A DNA stretch of 64,000 bases from the NCBI RefSeq assembly GCF_009914755.1, contig NC_060940.1, one strand, 5' to 3'. The translations under genes were made by a program, and so were the position numbers. Positions 45,034 through 56,337 of this stretch are shown here, piece by piece (position 1 is the stretch's first letter; each line of letters begins with the position of its first letter). The notes below the pieces were generated by a model. It was given only the letters and a program-made list of their open reading frames with translations, searched no databases and was not told where the DNA came from. This stretch comes from the human T2T-CHM13v2.0 reference genome, Homo sapiens.

Positions 45034-45129
45034 CCAGTATACAAAATAGTAAACACCAGACATGTTCTGTTAGAACTGGACATAAAGCAGTTGGATGTCT
45101 CTAGGCCATTCGAGTTGTCTCTCTTTTGT

Positions 45130-45560
45130 TTAGTTCAGTCATCCAACATATTTCTAATGTATACCAGACGCTTTTCTAGGCACTGGGTTAAACAAAACCA
45201 ACAACATCCTTCCTCTCATGCAGTTTACATTCTAGTGAAAGAAAACAGTCAAGAAGTATAATACATATATACATTATTATAATAATGATAATATTAATAA
45301 CCTAATAATAGTGTCAGATAAAAACCATAGAACAGGGTCATCTCTAATGAGTGGTGCTGGGCTGGGAATAAGTGTTTCGAAAGGTTGTTTTGGGTAAGTT
45401 CCTTTGAGAAGGTTCACTGTGGACTTGAGGGAATGCACCATGTGGATTTCTGGGAGCAGGGCATGATAGGCAAAAGAAACGGTCAGTTCACAGGTGCTGA
45501 GAGAGCAGGGGGTACAGTGAGAAAGCCTATGTGCTGTGGTGGAAAAATCAAGGGTGAAAA
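45130..45560 (-). mobile_element. L2 fragment
   Basis: TTCAGTCATCCAACATATTT..TACCAGACG..CTAGGCACTGGG..CCTCTCATGCAGTTTACATTCTAGTG. Confidence 0.65.
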
Positions 45561-45987
45561 TACTAGGTCACGATTACTCACCTCTCCCCACTGCCATAGA
45601 CCCTGTAATAATTTCCAGATCGATGGTTTTTAAACCATTGTTATAGTCTTATGTATTATTTGACAGATGAAGAAACTGAGCCTTAGAGGTTAAGCTACTG
45701 GCTCAAGTTCACAGAAATGTAATTTTGTGGGCATGTTCAGCTTTTATAGCACTGCCCTTCTCTTTGAATCTTAAAATCCTATTTTCTCCAAAAGAAATCT
45801 TAGAAGAGTTCTGGTTGAGTAACTCATGATTTCATAACTAATAAATGTTAGAGGTGGGACTAAAATCCAGTTCTCTCTGTTTTTAAGATTGATGTTCCTC
45901 TACCTCTCTGGTTTAGATATTTGTCCCTTCTAAAACGCATGCTAAAATTTAGTCCCCAATGTGGCAACATCGCGAGGTGAGGCCTTT

Positions 45988-46603
45988 TTAAAAACTTTTA
46001 TTTTAGGTTTAGGCGTACATGTGCAGACTTGTTATATAGGCAAACTCATGTCACGGGGGTTTGTTGTACAGATTATTTCATCAACCAGGTATTAAGCTTA
46101 GTACCCAATAGTTATTTTTTTCTGCTCCTCTCCCTCCTTCCACCCTACACCCTCAACGAGACCACAGTGTCTCTTGTTCCCTTCTTTGTGTCCATGTGTT
46201 CTCATCATTTAGCTCTCACTTGTAAGTGAGAACATGCGGTAGTTGGTTGTGTATCCTGGATTAGTTTGCTAAGGATAATAGCCTTCAGCTTCATTCATGT
46301 TCCCACAGAAAAATATAATCTCATCTTTTTTATGACTGCATAGTACTCCATGGTGTATATGTACCACAGTTTCTTTATCCAATCTGTTATTGATAGACAT
46401 CTAGGTTGATTCCATGTCTTTGCGACTGTGAATAGTGCTGCAATGAATATTAGCATGCATGTGTCTTCATGGTAGAATGATTTATATTCCTCTGGGAGTA
46501 TATCCAGTAATGGGATTGCTAGGTTAAATGGTAGTTTTGTTTTTGGCTCTTTGAGGAATCTCCGTATTGCTTTCCACAATGGTTGAACTTATTTACACTC
46601 CCA
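45988..46603 (-). mobile_element. L1PA15/16-like 3' end inside the MST LTR
   Basis: ORF2 C-terminal remnant (WKAIRRFLKEPKTKLPFNLAIPLL..WNQPRC); imperfect TSD AGGTGAGGCCTTT / AGGTGGGAACTTT. Confidence 0.9.
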
Positions 46604-46667
46604 AGGTGGGAACTTTAGGAGGTGATTGGGTCATGGGGGTTCTGCCCTTAAGAATAGACTAATCCAA

Positions 46668-46974
46668 AGCCAAGTGCAGTGGCTCATGCCTGTAATCTTA
46701 GCACTTTGGGAGGCTGAGGCAGGAATATCACTTGGAGCCAGGAGTTTGAGACCACCCTGGAAAACATGACAAGACCCCATCTCTACAAATAATTTTTTTT
46801 TAAAAAATTAGCAGGGTGCAGTGGCTAATGCCTGTAGTCCCAGCTACTCAGGAGGCTGAGGTGGGAGGATTGCTTGTGCCCAGGCTTCCAAGGCTGCAGT
46901 GACCTAGAATTGTGCCACTTCATTCCAGTCTGGATAGCAGAGCAAGACCCTGTCTCAAAAAAAAAAAAAAAAAA
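46668..46974 (+). mobile_element. AluJ inside the MST LTR
   Basis: J-type positions (GCCAGGAGTTTGAG, CAAGACCCCATCTCTACAAA, GGAGGATTGCTTG); TSD AAGAATAGA. Confidence 0.92.
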
Positions 46975-47574
46975 GAATAGAATATATTCATATATTCGTA
47001 GATTAATTGATTAATAAATTAATAGATTATGATGAGCATGGGACTGCTGACTGTAAAGAAGAGGAAAAAAGACCTGAGCTAACATGCTCACCTCCTCATC
47101 TTGTATAGTCTTGGGACTCTGCAGAGAGTCCCCACCAGCAAGAAGGCCCTCAGCAGATGTAGCCCCTTATCCTTGGACTCATCAGCCCTCATAACTCTAA
47201 GAAATAAATTCATTTTCTATATAAATTACCCAGTTCCAGGTAGTCTGTTCTAAGCAACAGAAAATGGACATCTAAGTAACAGACATCTGCCATCTATGTC
47301 TCAGGGCCCGCACGTGGGGAGAAAAAATCTTGTGAAATTGACTAATAAATTATACCTAACATGCAACTACAAATGGGCAATGTGAAGTTTAGTAAATTTC
47401 CCAGAAAGATGAATAGTATTTTGAAGCACACTTTGTCGCACTGAAGAATCTGAGTCTTTTAATGACTTACAAGAGAGAGAAGAGATCTTTTTAAAATGTG
47501 TAAGATGGCTTTGCTTAGAGAGAAGAGAATACAAACTCTTTTGAAGTTTTAACTGCTGGTTAGATTCCTTAAGC

Positions 47575-47799
47575 CAGTGGTTCTCAACTGGAGGCAATTT
47601 TGTTTTTCAGGGAACATGGCCAATATCTAGAGACATTTTCAATTGTCATGATTTGGGGTGGGGGAGTGCAACTGGTATCTTGTAGGTAGAAGCCAGAGAT
47701 GCTGCTAAACATTCTGCAATGCACAGGACAGCCCACCTCCTACCCCTCAAGGGAATTATCTGATCCAAAATACCAGAGTGCCAAGGTTGAAAAACCTTG
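47575..47799. mobile_element. MER20 hAT MITE
   Basis: CAGTGGTTCTCAAC..GAGACATTTT..GATGCTGCTAAACAT..GCACAGGACAGCCC..AAGGTTGAAAAACCTTG. Confidence 0.9.
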
Positions 47800-47867
47800 T
47801 TTTAGCAGACAGGGGAGATTAAGATGTAATTTGGGAACTAGTGCGTCTAAACTCAGAAAAGCTGCTA

Positions 47868-47965
47868 CAGTTGGCTACTACTACTTAGTATCCATGGAGG
47901 ATTGGTTCCAGGACACGACATCCTGCCTTTTCTCCTGCAAATACCAAAATCCCCAGATGCCCAAG
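47868..47965. mobile_element. MER2/Tigger2 terminal fragment
   Basis: GTATCCATGGAGGATTGGTTCCAGGAC..ATACCAAAATCC..GATGCCCAAGTCCCTTA. Confidence 0.65.
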
Positions 47966-50289
47966 TCCCTTAGGGGGCCTTCCAAATAGGCAGATAGGGA
48001 GGGCTGACTGTATTAGTATTTTGCTTTTAATCAGGGAGACTGATCTAGTTGATTTGCATAAACAAACAGCACTAGCAACATTTCTCAGCAGGGAGGAGGA
48101 TGACATAGATGGAGGAAGAGTACAAATTTCAAAGCATATAGACATAAAATAAAATTCTGGAGTTGCTCCATATTTTAGCTGTGTGATTGCTTCTAAAATT
48201 CTCAATGTCTTCATCTATTAAGTGGGAAGTGCACAAAGATGTACTTTGCATTGTTTTGGGATTAAAAAAAATATTTTCACCAAAGTTGAGAACCACTAAA
48301 CAAATGTTAATTATCTTTGCCGAACACCTGTTCAAATTGAGCAAATAATACTATTAAATGATAGGGAATGAGGTACAAATTACAGTCTCCGAGTTTCCAT
48401 GAGAAACTGTGAGAAATGTCCTAAGTCAGATGCAGGTTTTATCTGGGTGAAACCGACTCAATTTTGATTGGCAGGTGTCAGCTGTTTGACGTATGTTCTA
48501 CTGATTTCCTACTCTCCCAAATCTTAGAAGAAAGGAGTATTTCACAGAACGAATGCAGGCAATATTTGAAAGACAAAAATCACTTAAGATATTTTTGAGG
48601 GCTGGGAGCTAAAAGCTTACCTTGGTTGTTTTTTTTTTCTCTTCTAATTATGAAATAATAAATTCTAGAAAGGGAATTGTACATTGTAGGGTATTTGTGA
48701 AATATCGTACTACACAAGAAATAAAAATCACTTCTAAGATCAACACGTAGCAAAAAAATCAGTGTTCACATTTGTGTTTAGAGCTTTGTCTCAGCAGGTG
48801 GCTATTTGCTCTCCCTGTTTTAGATAGGTTCATTTCTCCCCGTTTTTCATTCCTGAAAGCCAAAGTAACCATCAGGCTCCCTGTCACTTAAAGAGGAGGA
48901 GATTTATTGCATTTAACTGAAAGGGCACTGTTGGAACAGGGACAATGTAGTAAGTTAACTGTAATCAGGGAGGTCCAGACCAGTCTCCTGGCCTCCCAGG
49001 TCATTTCTTATCTGTTCCTGTTGCTTGGTCATCAGCAGTTGGGACTCTGTTCACAGAAATGCTGCTGAAGGAAAGGCTCAGCAGGGATCAGCTTTCAGCT
49101 GGTTGCATGTCACAGGCTGGGTGACTACTGATTTTTTATGAGACCTGTTTTATGCTATCAGCTTTATTTTTCCACAGGCAGAGGAAAGCATGTCAAGTAA
49201 TTACTCCTTCAATAACTTATAGGAAAGAGGTAAAGTGCAATAAGCTTTTGGTTGGAACTCAAACACAGCCAAGAAGTACTAGAAGACAAAATTCCACTTC
49301 AGCCAAGCGTAGGATATTGGGGTCAACATATGTCTTTGTTCCTTATTTTTGGCTATAAGGAAGTATTTAGTTTTCAGCATAGGAAACAGAGCCATGTCCT
49401 GGTTTTCAGGGCTCCAATTCCATGGGCCATGGCCTCTGTGTGTACACGAGGGTCACACTGTCTTAAAAGGTCTTTTTTCTAACACCATGATGATTGTGTG
49501 TTTTAAGAGGCCTTTTTAGTTTTTTGTTTGCTCATTTTGTTTTCGAGACACTCTCATGAATACATGTTACATATAAACACATGCATTTTAAACATAATCA
49601 GAATATATAATTTGGTGGTAATTATCATTACAGTTTTAGACTACAACATATTTTATATTAACATAAGAAATTCTCCAATATTTCTTAACCAAGAGCTAAC
49701 TTCAAATGTAATAATGGGAAACTTTCTATTTAATTAAAATACATACTTTCTGGCTAAAGAATAAAGTTTCTTCTTTTTCTTTTTGAAAATAGGTTCTATG
49801 ATAATATAGATATCATATAATTTCCCCTGTATTCAGTCCATTGTAACTTAACAAAGAGAAACTTTGCCTTTGAATTTGAGGAATGTATTTCCTCCAGAGA
49901 TAAACTTGTATAATGTTTGCTTAAGAACCCAGGAGTTTAATTTATAATTCCCCATTATATTTGGCAATTGTCAGAGTGGAAGGCAATAGCAGATTTAACA
50001 GTAGGGGGAAGGGGTGTGAAAAACTGATGTTATTGGCATTAAACTTTAAAACTTTCTATAGGTGCATGATTTATATTAGAATGTGGCATTGGTGGCATCT
50101 TGGGTTTCCCTGAAAGTGCTACCTTTGGGGCAGTGGGATGTACTGTAGGGGAATTAGTTTACTCTACTTTGTTCAAAATGATCATGACCCTGCACATTTT
50201 ATTTGTTAAGGCACTGATATAGGAGCACAGTTTAAAGTAAGAGTTTTTACTTTACTGTTTTTCTATGTGAATTAAGTAATTAAATTTTA

Positions 50290-51800
50290 ATATGAATTAA
50301 AAAGTACAAAATTCCCAGTTTTATAGCTTGGAAAAAATTAACTTCAGCCATATCAAGAAAGAGAATGTTAACAATACTTTAAAATACCCTTCATGATTCC
50401 TCCCTGTCACTAACCCTTCTTCCCCAATGATAACTTCTGTCCTAATCTCTAAAACCACAGATTAGCTTTGTCTATTTTTGAATTTGATTTGATATGAATA
50501 AAATCAAGTGTTATATTCTCCTTTGTGTCTGCTTTTTTTGTCTCATTATTTTGTTTGTGAGATTCATCCATGTTTCTGTATGTAGCATTAGGTAATTTAT
50601 TTTAATTGATGTATGGCACATGTAATAAAATGTCATAATTTAGTTATTTGTTCTTTAGTTAATGAATATGTTCGTTACCTGCAAATTTTGCCTATTATGA
50701 ATAGTTCTGTTTTCTACCAGCACTTTAAAAACACCAATATTTCTGCAGAAATATAAAGCTATTAGTCTTTTTCATTATGAAAAAATTTTACAGGTTTTCT
50801 TTATTTTTTGTTTTGATCAGTTTTGCTAAGATGTATTAGTTGTGCTTTTCTGTGTATTTATGCTGCTTGAGGTTGATAATGCTTGATATCTATTGCTTAA
50901 TATCATTCTTCAGTTCTGGAAAATTTTTGGCTATTATGTATTTTAAATTGCTTCTGCACATTCTCTTTCTTTCCTTTTTAGGTTTTTCATTACACATATA
51001 TTCGTCCTTTTCATGCCCCTTTACTCTATTTTATTTATATTTCGTCCATTTTCCCCTTTGTAGTTTAAGGATGGTTTTACTGACATCTTTTCCAAATCAC
51101 TGATCTATTCACCTGTGTCTAATCGGCTGTTAAACCCATTTTACTGAGTTCTGAAATTCAATAATTGCTAGGTCCACATCTATAATTTCCATTTGATTCT
51201 TTTATAGATTCCAGTTCTCTGATGGTATTCTTTATCTTGCCTCTTATTTTTGAAGATATTAATAAGCTATTTAAGTCTTTGCTTGACAGTCATAATACCT
51301 GGATCACCTGTGAGTCTCTTGCTATGGTTAGTACTTTTTCTTTTAGTCCTTTCTCTTGGGATTTCTATTAATATTTCATTGAATGATGGTTATTGGCCAC
51401 ACGAAATTGAAGAGGCTTTACCTGTTTCTGGGCAAGATTATAATCTCTGTAGAGACTTATCTTTTTATAACTCGTCCTTACTTCCAGGGTTTGGTCTTTT
51501 AGGGTTTCCTAACTGAAAGCCTGATGTATTCATAAGTGCCGTTATCCCTTGTTGGGACCCTTCACCAGCTTTTATAGTCTCATCATTATGAAGCTGCTTT
51601 GTCATTCTTCTGCCTCTTGGTTTCTCATTTTTGTGAAACTTTTCTTGACCTATGTCCATACAAGTTAGTGCAAAACTCAAGGGAGAAAATTGAGTAGAAT
51701 TTGGGCTTATCTCAGTTTGTCATCTCTCCAGATCTTAGTCCCTCAAGTTTGGCTGCCTTGATAGCTCTCATGACTTCAAGTCAATATTCAGAGCTTCATC
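50290..51800 (-). mobile_element. Old L1M (L1ME/MD-like) fragments
   Basis: T-rich; GTGAGATTCATCCATGT, CAGTTCTGGAAAATT, TTCCATTTGATTCTTTTATAG motifs. Confidence 0.6.
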
Positions 51801-52673
51801 TGCTGCATGCCAGTCCACGATTACTAGAAAGGAAAATTCAAGATTTAAAAAATATATTCGTATTTCATCATCAACTTCTATCTCATAGTACTAAACAGAA
51901 TTGCAATTTTACCTTTATTTTTGTGGTGCTTTGAATAATATATATCTCCCCCATTAGACAGTAAATTCCAAGAGGAAAAAATCCATGTGTGGTTTTGTGC
52001 ATCATTGTGTCCCAAGTAACTGGTACAGTGCCTGATGCAGAGTATGGAATCAAATAGTATATGAATGAAAGAATGATTATGGAGTTTTTGAATGTATGGT
52101 GTGGATAGAATGAAACAATAATTTCAAGTAGCAAGGCAAAAATAAAACCTTCACCCAAAACAAAGGAGCTAACAAAGTCATCAGGAAACATATTTAGTTG
52201 TCTTATGAGATGGAACTTAAAATGATGGCCTCAGACAGTGATGTGAAATGAGAACAATATTTTATTCCAGCCTTTAGGAGAACTTATAGGCAGAGAAGGT
52301 GTTATTAAAGACTCTGATAATTTAAATATCTGGGCTTCAGAATATTTTTGAGGACTAAACAAGATATTGCTTTGAAAATTTCCACTGCAGTGCTTAGAGA
52401 ATATAATAGCTATTCAGCCCCAACACCTATTATATTCTATTGGTTGGGTTGCCACTGGCCATTTCCAAGTAGTGAATACTAACTTTTGAAACTCTGTGTG
52501 CTTAAAATTTTCATACTCCATATTTTTACAGGACAAAGTATTGTTGATTATAGACTCTCTTATAATCTCATGTTTGAAAGGGACTTTGGATACCATCACT
52601 ATAAGATAAAATACACTGGAGGCATATAGACTCCCAGAGGGTTATAGTTAAAAACAAATAAGTGGAAGTTCTA

Positions 52674-52967
52674 TTTTTTTTTTTTTTTGAGACAGAGTCT
52701 TGCTCCGTCTCCCAGGCTGGAGTGCTGTGGCGTGATCTCGGCTCACTGCAATCTCCAACTCCCTAGTTCAAGCTATTCTCCTGCCTCAGCCTCCTGAGTA
52801 GCTGGGATTACAGGCATGCGCCACCACGCATGGCTGATTTTTGTATTTTTTTAGTAGAGATGGAGTTCACTATGTCGGCCAGGATGGTCTCGATCTCCTG
52901 ACCTTGTGAGCCGCCTGCCTTGGCCTCCCAAAGTGCTGGATTACAGAAGTGAGCCACCATGCCCGGC
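52674..52967 (-). mobile_element. Alu (AluSg/Sc-like)
   Basis: Full dimer; TSD TGGAAGTTCTATTTTT / TGGAAGTCCTATTTTT. Confidence 0.95.
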
Positions 52968-53845
52968 TGGAAGTCCTATTTTATAACTTTGGCATTGGGA
53001 TGTTTTAGAGCCAGAGAAAAATTAAATTTGCTAACTTTGTTTAAATGAATCAATAGTGAGTAGAATATTTCATACAAGATGGTCCAAGTTAAAAATAAAA
53101 AACACTATTTTTCAAATTCTAGTTATCATTGATCCCTTGCAAATTAAATCAGAGGTTAAAAAATTATCTTAGAATGTCAAACAGCACAGCATTTTGCTAG
53201 AGCTGGGCATCAGCACCTTATTTCTTTAATTTTGAAAGGAGAAGATTTATGCATTCATTCAGTGCATTTTGTTGAGTGAACACTAAGTGCCTGGCTCTGT
53301 CCTGGGCCTTCAGGATATAGCCAATTTGGTAGAAGACTGTGTTTCACCTGAAGCATCGCCAGGTACTCCGATATGTTGAGTGTATATAGCTGCATGTTGG
53401 GAAGGCCCAGAGAACCAGAATGAAAAGCCTGAATTCATTATCTCAATGAAGAGTTCAATAGGATACATTTAATGCCAGGAACTGCAAGTGTGGCATAAAC
53501 AGATTTTGGTCCTGGACTGCTGCACGGCCTAAGAATTTCTTTGTTTTACAATAAAGCAACTTTTAACGAATATCTCCATAGAATGGTACAAGGCTGGATG
53601 GCTGGATTTAAGAGCAGGGGCTAATGTCACAGGGAGCAAATTCTATAGATGCCTGGTCTATGCGGCAGTATAGCTTAACGATAAGGAGTAGACAGACAAC
53701 CTAATGTTAAATCCTAGTTCAGTAACTTGTTAACTTGATAACCCCCGGCAAGATTCTTAACATCTGCATCTTCATCTGTAAAATGGTAGTAAAATGGTAG
53801 TAAAACTAATGATTGTATCTATTTTACAGGGTTGTTATTAAGGGA

Positions 53846-54211
53846 TGATATGGTTTGGCTGTGTCCCCACCCAAATCTCATCTTGAATTATAGCTCCCAT
53901 AATCCCCGCATGTCATGGGAGGGACCCAGTGGGAGGTAATTGAATCATGGGGGCAGGTTTTTTTTCATGCTGTTCTCATGATTGTGAATAAGTCTCATGA
54001 GATCTGATTAAAAAAAAAAAGGCAGTTCCCCTGTACATGCTCTCTTGCCTGCCACCATATAAGACGTGCCTTTGCTCCTTTCTCGCCTTCCGCCATGATT
54101 GTGAGGCCTCCTCAGCCATGTGGAACTGTGAGTTCACTAAACCTCTTTTTCTTTGTAAATTACCCAGTCTCAGGTATGTCTTTATTAGCAGTGTGAGAAC
54201 AGACTAATACA
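53846..54211 (+). mobile_element. THE1C/D-like MaLR solo LTR inserted in a MIR
   Basis: TGATATGGTTTGGCTGTGTCCCCACCC...AGACTAATACA; 5-bp TSD AGGGA at 53841-53845 and 54212-54216. Confidence 0.95.
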
Positions 54212-55253
54212 AGGGATGAATGAAATAATGCGATAATGTTAATCCTTTAAGAAATGGAAGCTGTTGTTTCTTCTTAGATGCGACTTTGGACCTGATTTAT
54301 TGGGAATGAAAAACGTAAATAAAAGAAGATGTGCTGAATGACAACCTTGCCCTCCCCAACCCTACAAAAAAAGCACATTGACAAAGCAACACCATTTTCT
54401 GTTTTTAGAACTGCCACCTTTTTCCTGCACTTTTATTCAGAAGAGGTGTTATTGTTGGAACATCCTTGCCAAAATGTTAGTGGTCCTTGACAAGCACCAT
54501 TAGGGGAAACTCCAGCAAACACAGTGTGCTCAGCAGGGGTCCACAGTAACTCCTCAGGTTGCATTGTTTTTCAACACATGTCCCAGAGCCAAACAATCTG
54601 TGCAGCAGGTTAGTCCTACCTACCTGTCATCTACATAAGTGACATAAGATATATGCAATAATTACCAGGGGGAAAATATGGATACGTAACAGGCTACATG
54701 AAATTGTTATTTCCAATTATAAGTTCCTTGTAAGATGGTTAGAGCACCTGATAGCAAGAGGATACTAAGAAAATGTAATCGGTCTTTTCCCTTGGGTCTG
54801 AAATATTCTCTTTTGCTCACCTACTGCCATGTCAATTTCTCTGTGACCAAACAGAAAAATATAACCCAATTTCACAAAGACAAAAACAATTAATAGTGAA
54901 CTTTATTTTTCCCTGAGTGTAAACTTTTATACACACAAAAAACTTAGCCTTGTAAAGGAACTATTATAAGGCATCTGCCTACTTGATCTATATATTCTGT
55001 TCATATAATGAGAGAAGATTCCAGTTGACTTCATGATGGAGTTCCTACCATGTGCAGGGAATAGTTATATCAGGTCTGGAATACAGAAACTAATAAGAGA
55101 AAGTTTTTTTTCCTCAAAGAGCTAAAAGAGTAGTGTCGGATATATGCACAAATATACGTGAACAACAATGTGAACAAATATGCACAAATATGTGTGAACA
55201 AGGGATGGGGTAGCGAGTCCATGAAGAGGAGAGGAATGAGAGGTCATTTACTA

Positions 55254-55754
55254 TTACGACCAGATTTGGAATATCTCATATTCACAGATATTAAAATCTA
55301 TGAGAGGGCAGCCAAGATGGCCGAATAGGAACAGCTCTGGTCTACAGCTCCCAGCGTGAGCGACGCAGAAGACGGGTGATTTCTGCATTTCCATCTGAGG
55401 TACCGGGTTCATCTCCCTAGGGAGTGCCAGACAGTGGGCGCAGGACAGTGGGTGTAGTGCACCGTGCGCGAGCCAAAGCAGGGCAAGGCATTGCCTCACT
55501 CGGGAAGTGCAAGGGTTCAGGGAGTTCCCTTTCCTAGTCAAAGAAAGGGGTGACAGACAGCACCTGGAAAATCGGGTCACTCCCACCCTAATACTGCGCT
55601 TTTCCAACGGGCTTAAAAAACGGCACACCAGGAGATTATATCCCGCACCTGGCTCGGAGGGTCCTACGCCCATGGAGTCTTGCTGATTGCTAGCACAGTA
55701 GTCTGAGATCAAACTGCAAGGTGGCAGCGAGGCTGGGGGAGGGGCGCCCCCCAT
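55254..55754 (-). CDS. ORF0: L1 ORF0 (antisense), extended to 166 aa
   Basis: MGGAPPPASLPPCSLISD..VGPSEPG..IRVGVTRFSR matches ORF0p; context GCAATGG; open to a stop in flanking DNA; expression unknown. Confidence 0.6.
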   Translation of the reverse strand: MGGAPPPASLPPCSLISDYCASNQQDSMGVGPSEPGAGYNLLVCRFLSPLEKRSIRVGVTRFSRCCLSPLSLTRKGNSLNPCTSRVRQCLALLWLAHGALHPLSCAHCLALPREMNPVPQMEMQKSPVFCVAHAGSCRPELFLFGHLGCPLIDFNICEYEIFQIWS

Positions 55755-56337
55755 TGCCCAGGCTTGCTTAGGTAAACAAAGCAGCCGGGAAGTTCGAACT
55801 GGGTGGAGCCCACCACAGCTCAAGGAGGCCTGCCTGCCTCTGTAGGCTCCACCTCTGGGGGCAGGGCACAGACAAACAAAAAGACAGCAATAACCTCTGC
55901 AGACTTAAATGTCCCTGTCTGACAGCTTTGAAGAGAGCAGTGGTTCTCCCAGCACGCAGCTGGAAATCTGAGAATGGGCAGACTGCCTCCTCAAGTGGGT
56001 CCCTGACCCCTGACCCCCAAGCAGCCTAACTGGGAGGCAACCCTCAGCAGGGGCAGACTGACACCTCACACAGCTGGGTACTACTCTGAGACAAAACTTC
56101 CAGAGGAACGATCAGACAGCAGCATTCACAGTTCACGAAAATCCGCTGTTCTGCAGCCACCGCTGCGGATACCCAGGCAAACAGAGTCTGGAGTGGACCT
56201 CTAGCAAACTCCAACAGACCTGCAGCTGAGGGTCCTGTCTGTTAGAAGGAAAACTAACAAACAGAAAGGACATCCACACCAAAAACCCATCTGTACATCA
56301 CCATCATCAAATACCAAAAGTAGATAAAACCACAAAG
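55301..56337 (+). promoter_or_regulatory. L1 5'UTR internal sense promoter (YY1 site) and antisense promoter
   Basis: YY1 core CAAGATGGCCG at about 55313-55323; CpG-enriched; ~1037 bp, including the ~129-bp segment absent from L1HS. Confidence 0.85.

Larger units (their letters stand above)
45905..47281 (+). mobile_element. MSTC-like MaLR LTR interrupted by an L1 and an Alu
   Basis: TGGTTTAGATATTTGTCCC..CCCCAATGTGGCA / GGAGGTGATTGGGTCATG / CAGAGAGTCCCCACCAGCAAGAAGGCCCTC..AGAAATAAATTC. Confidence 0.85.
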
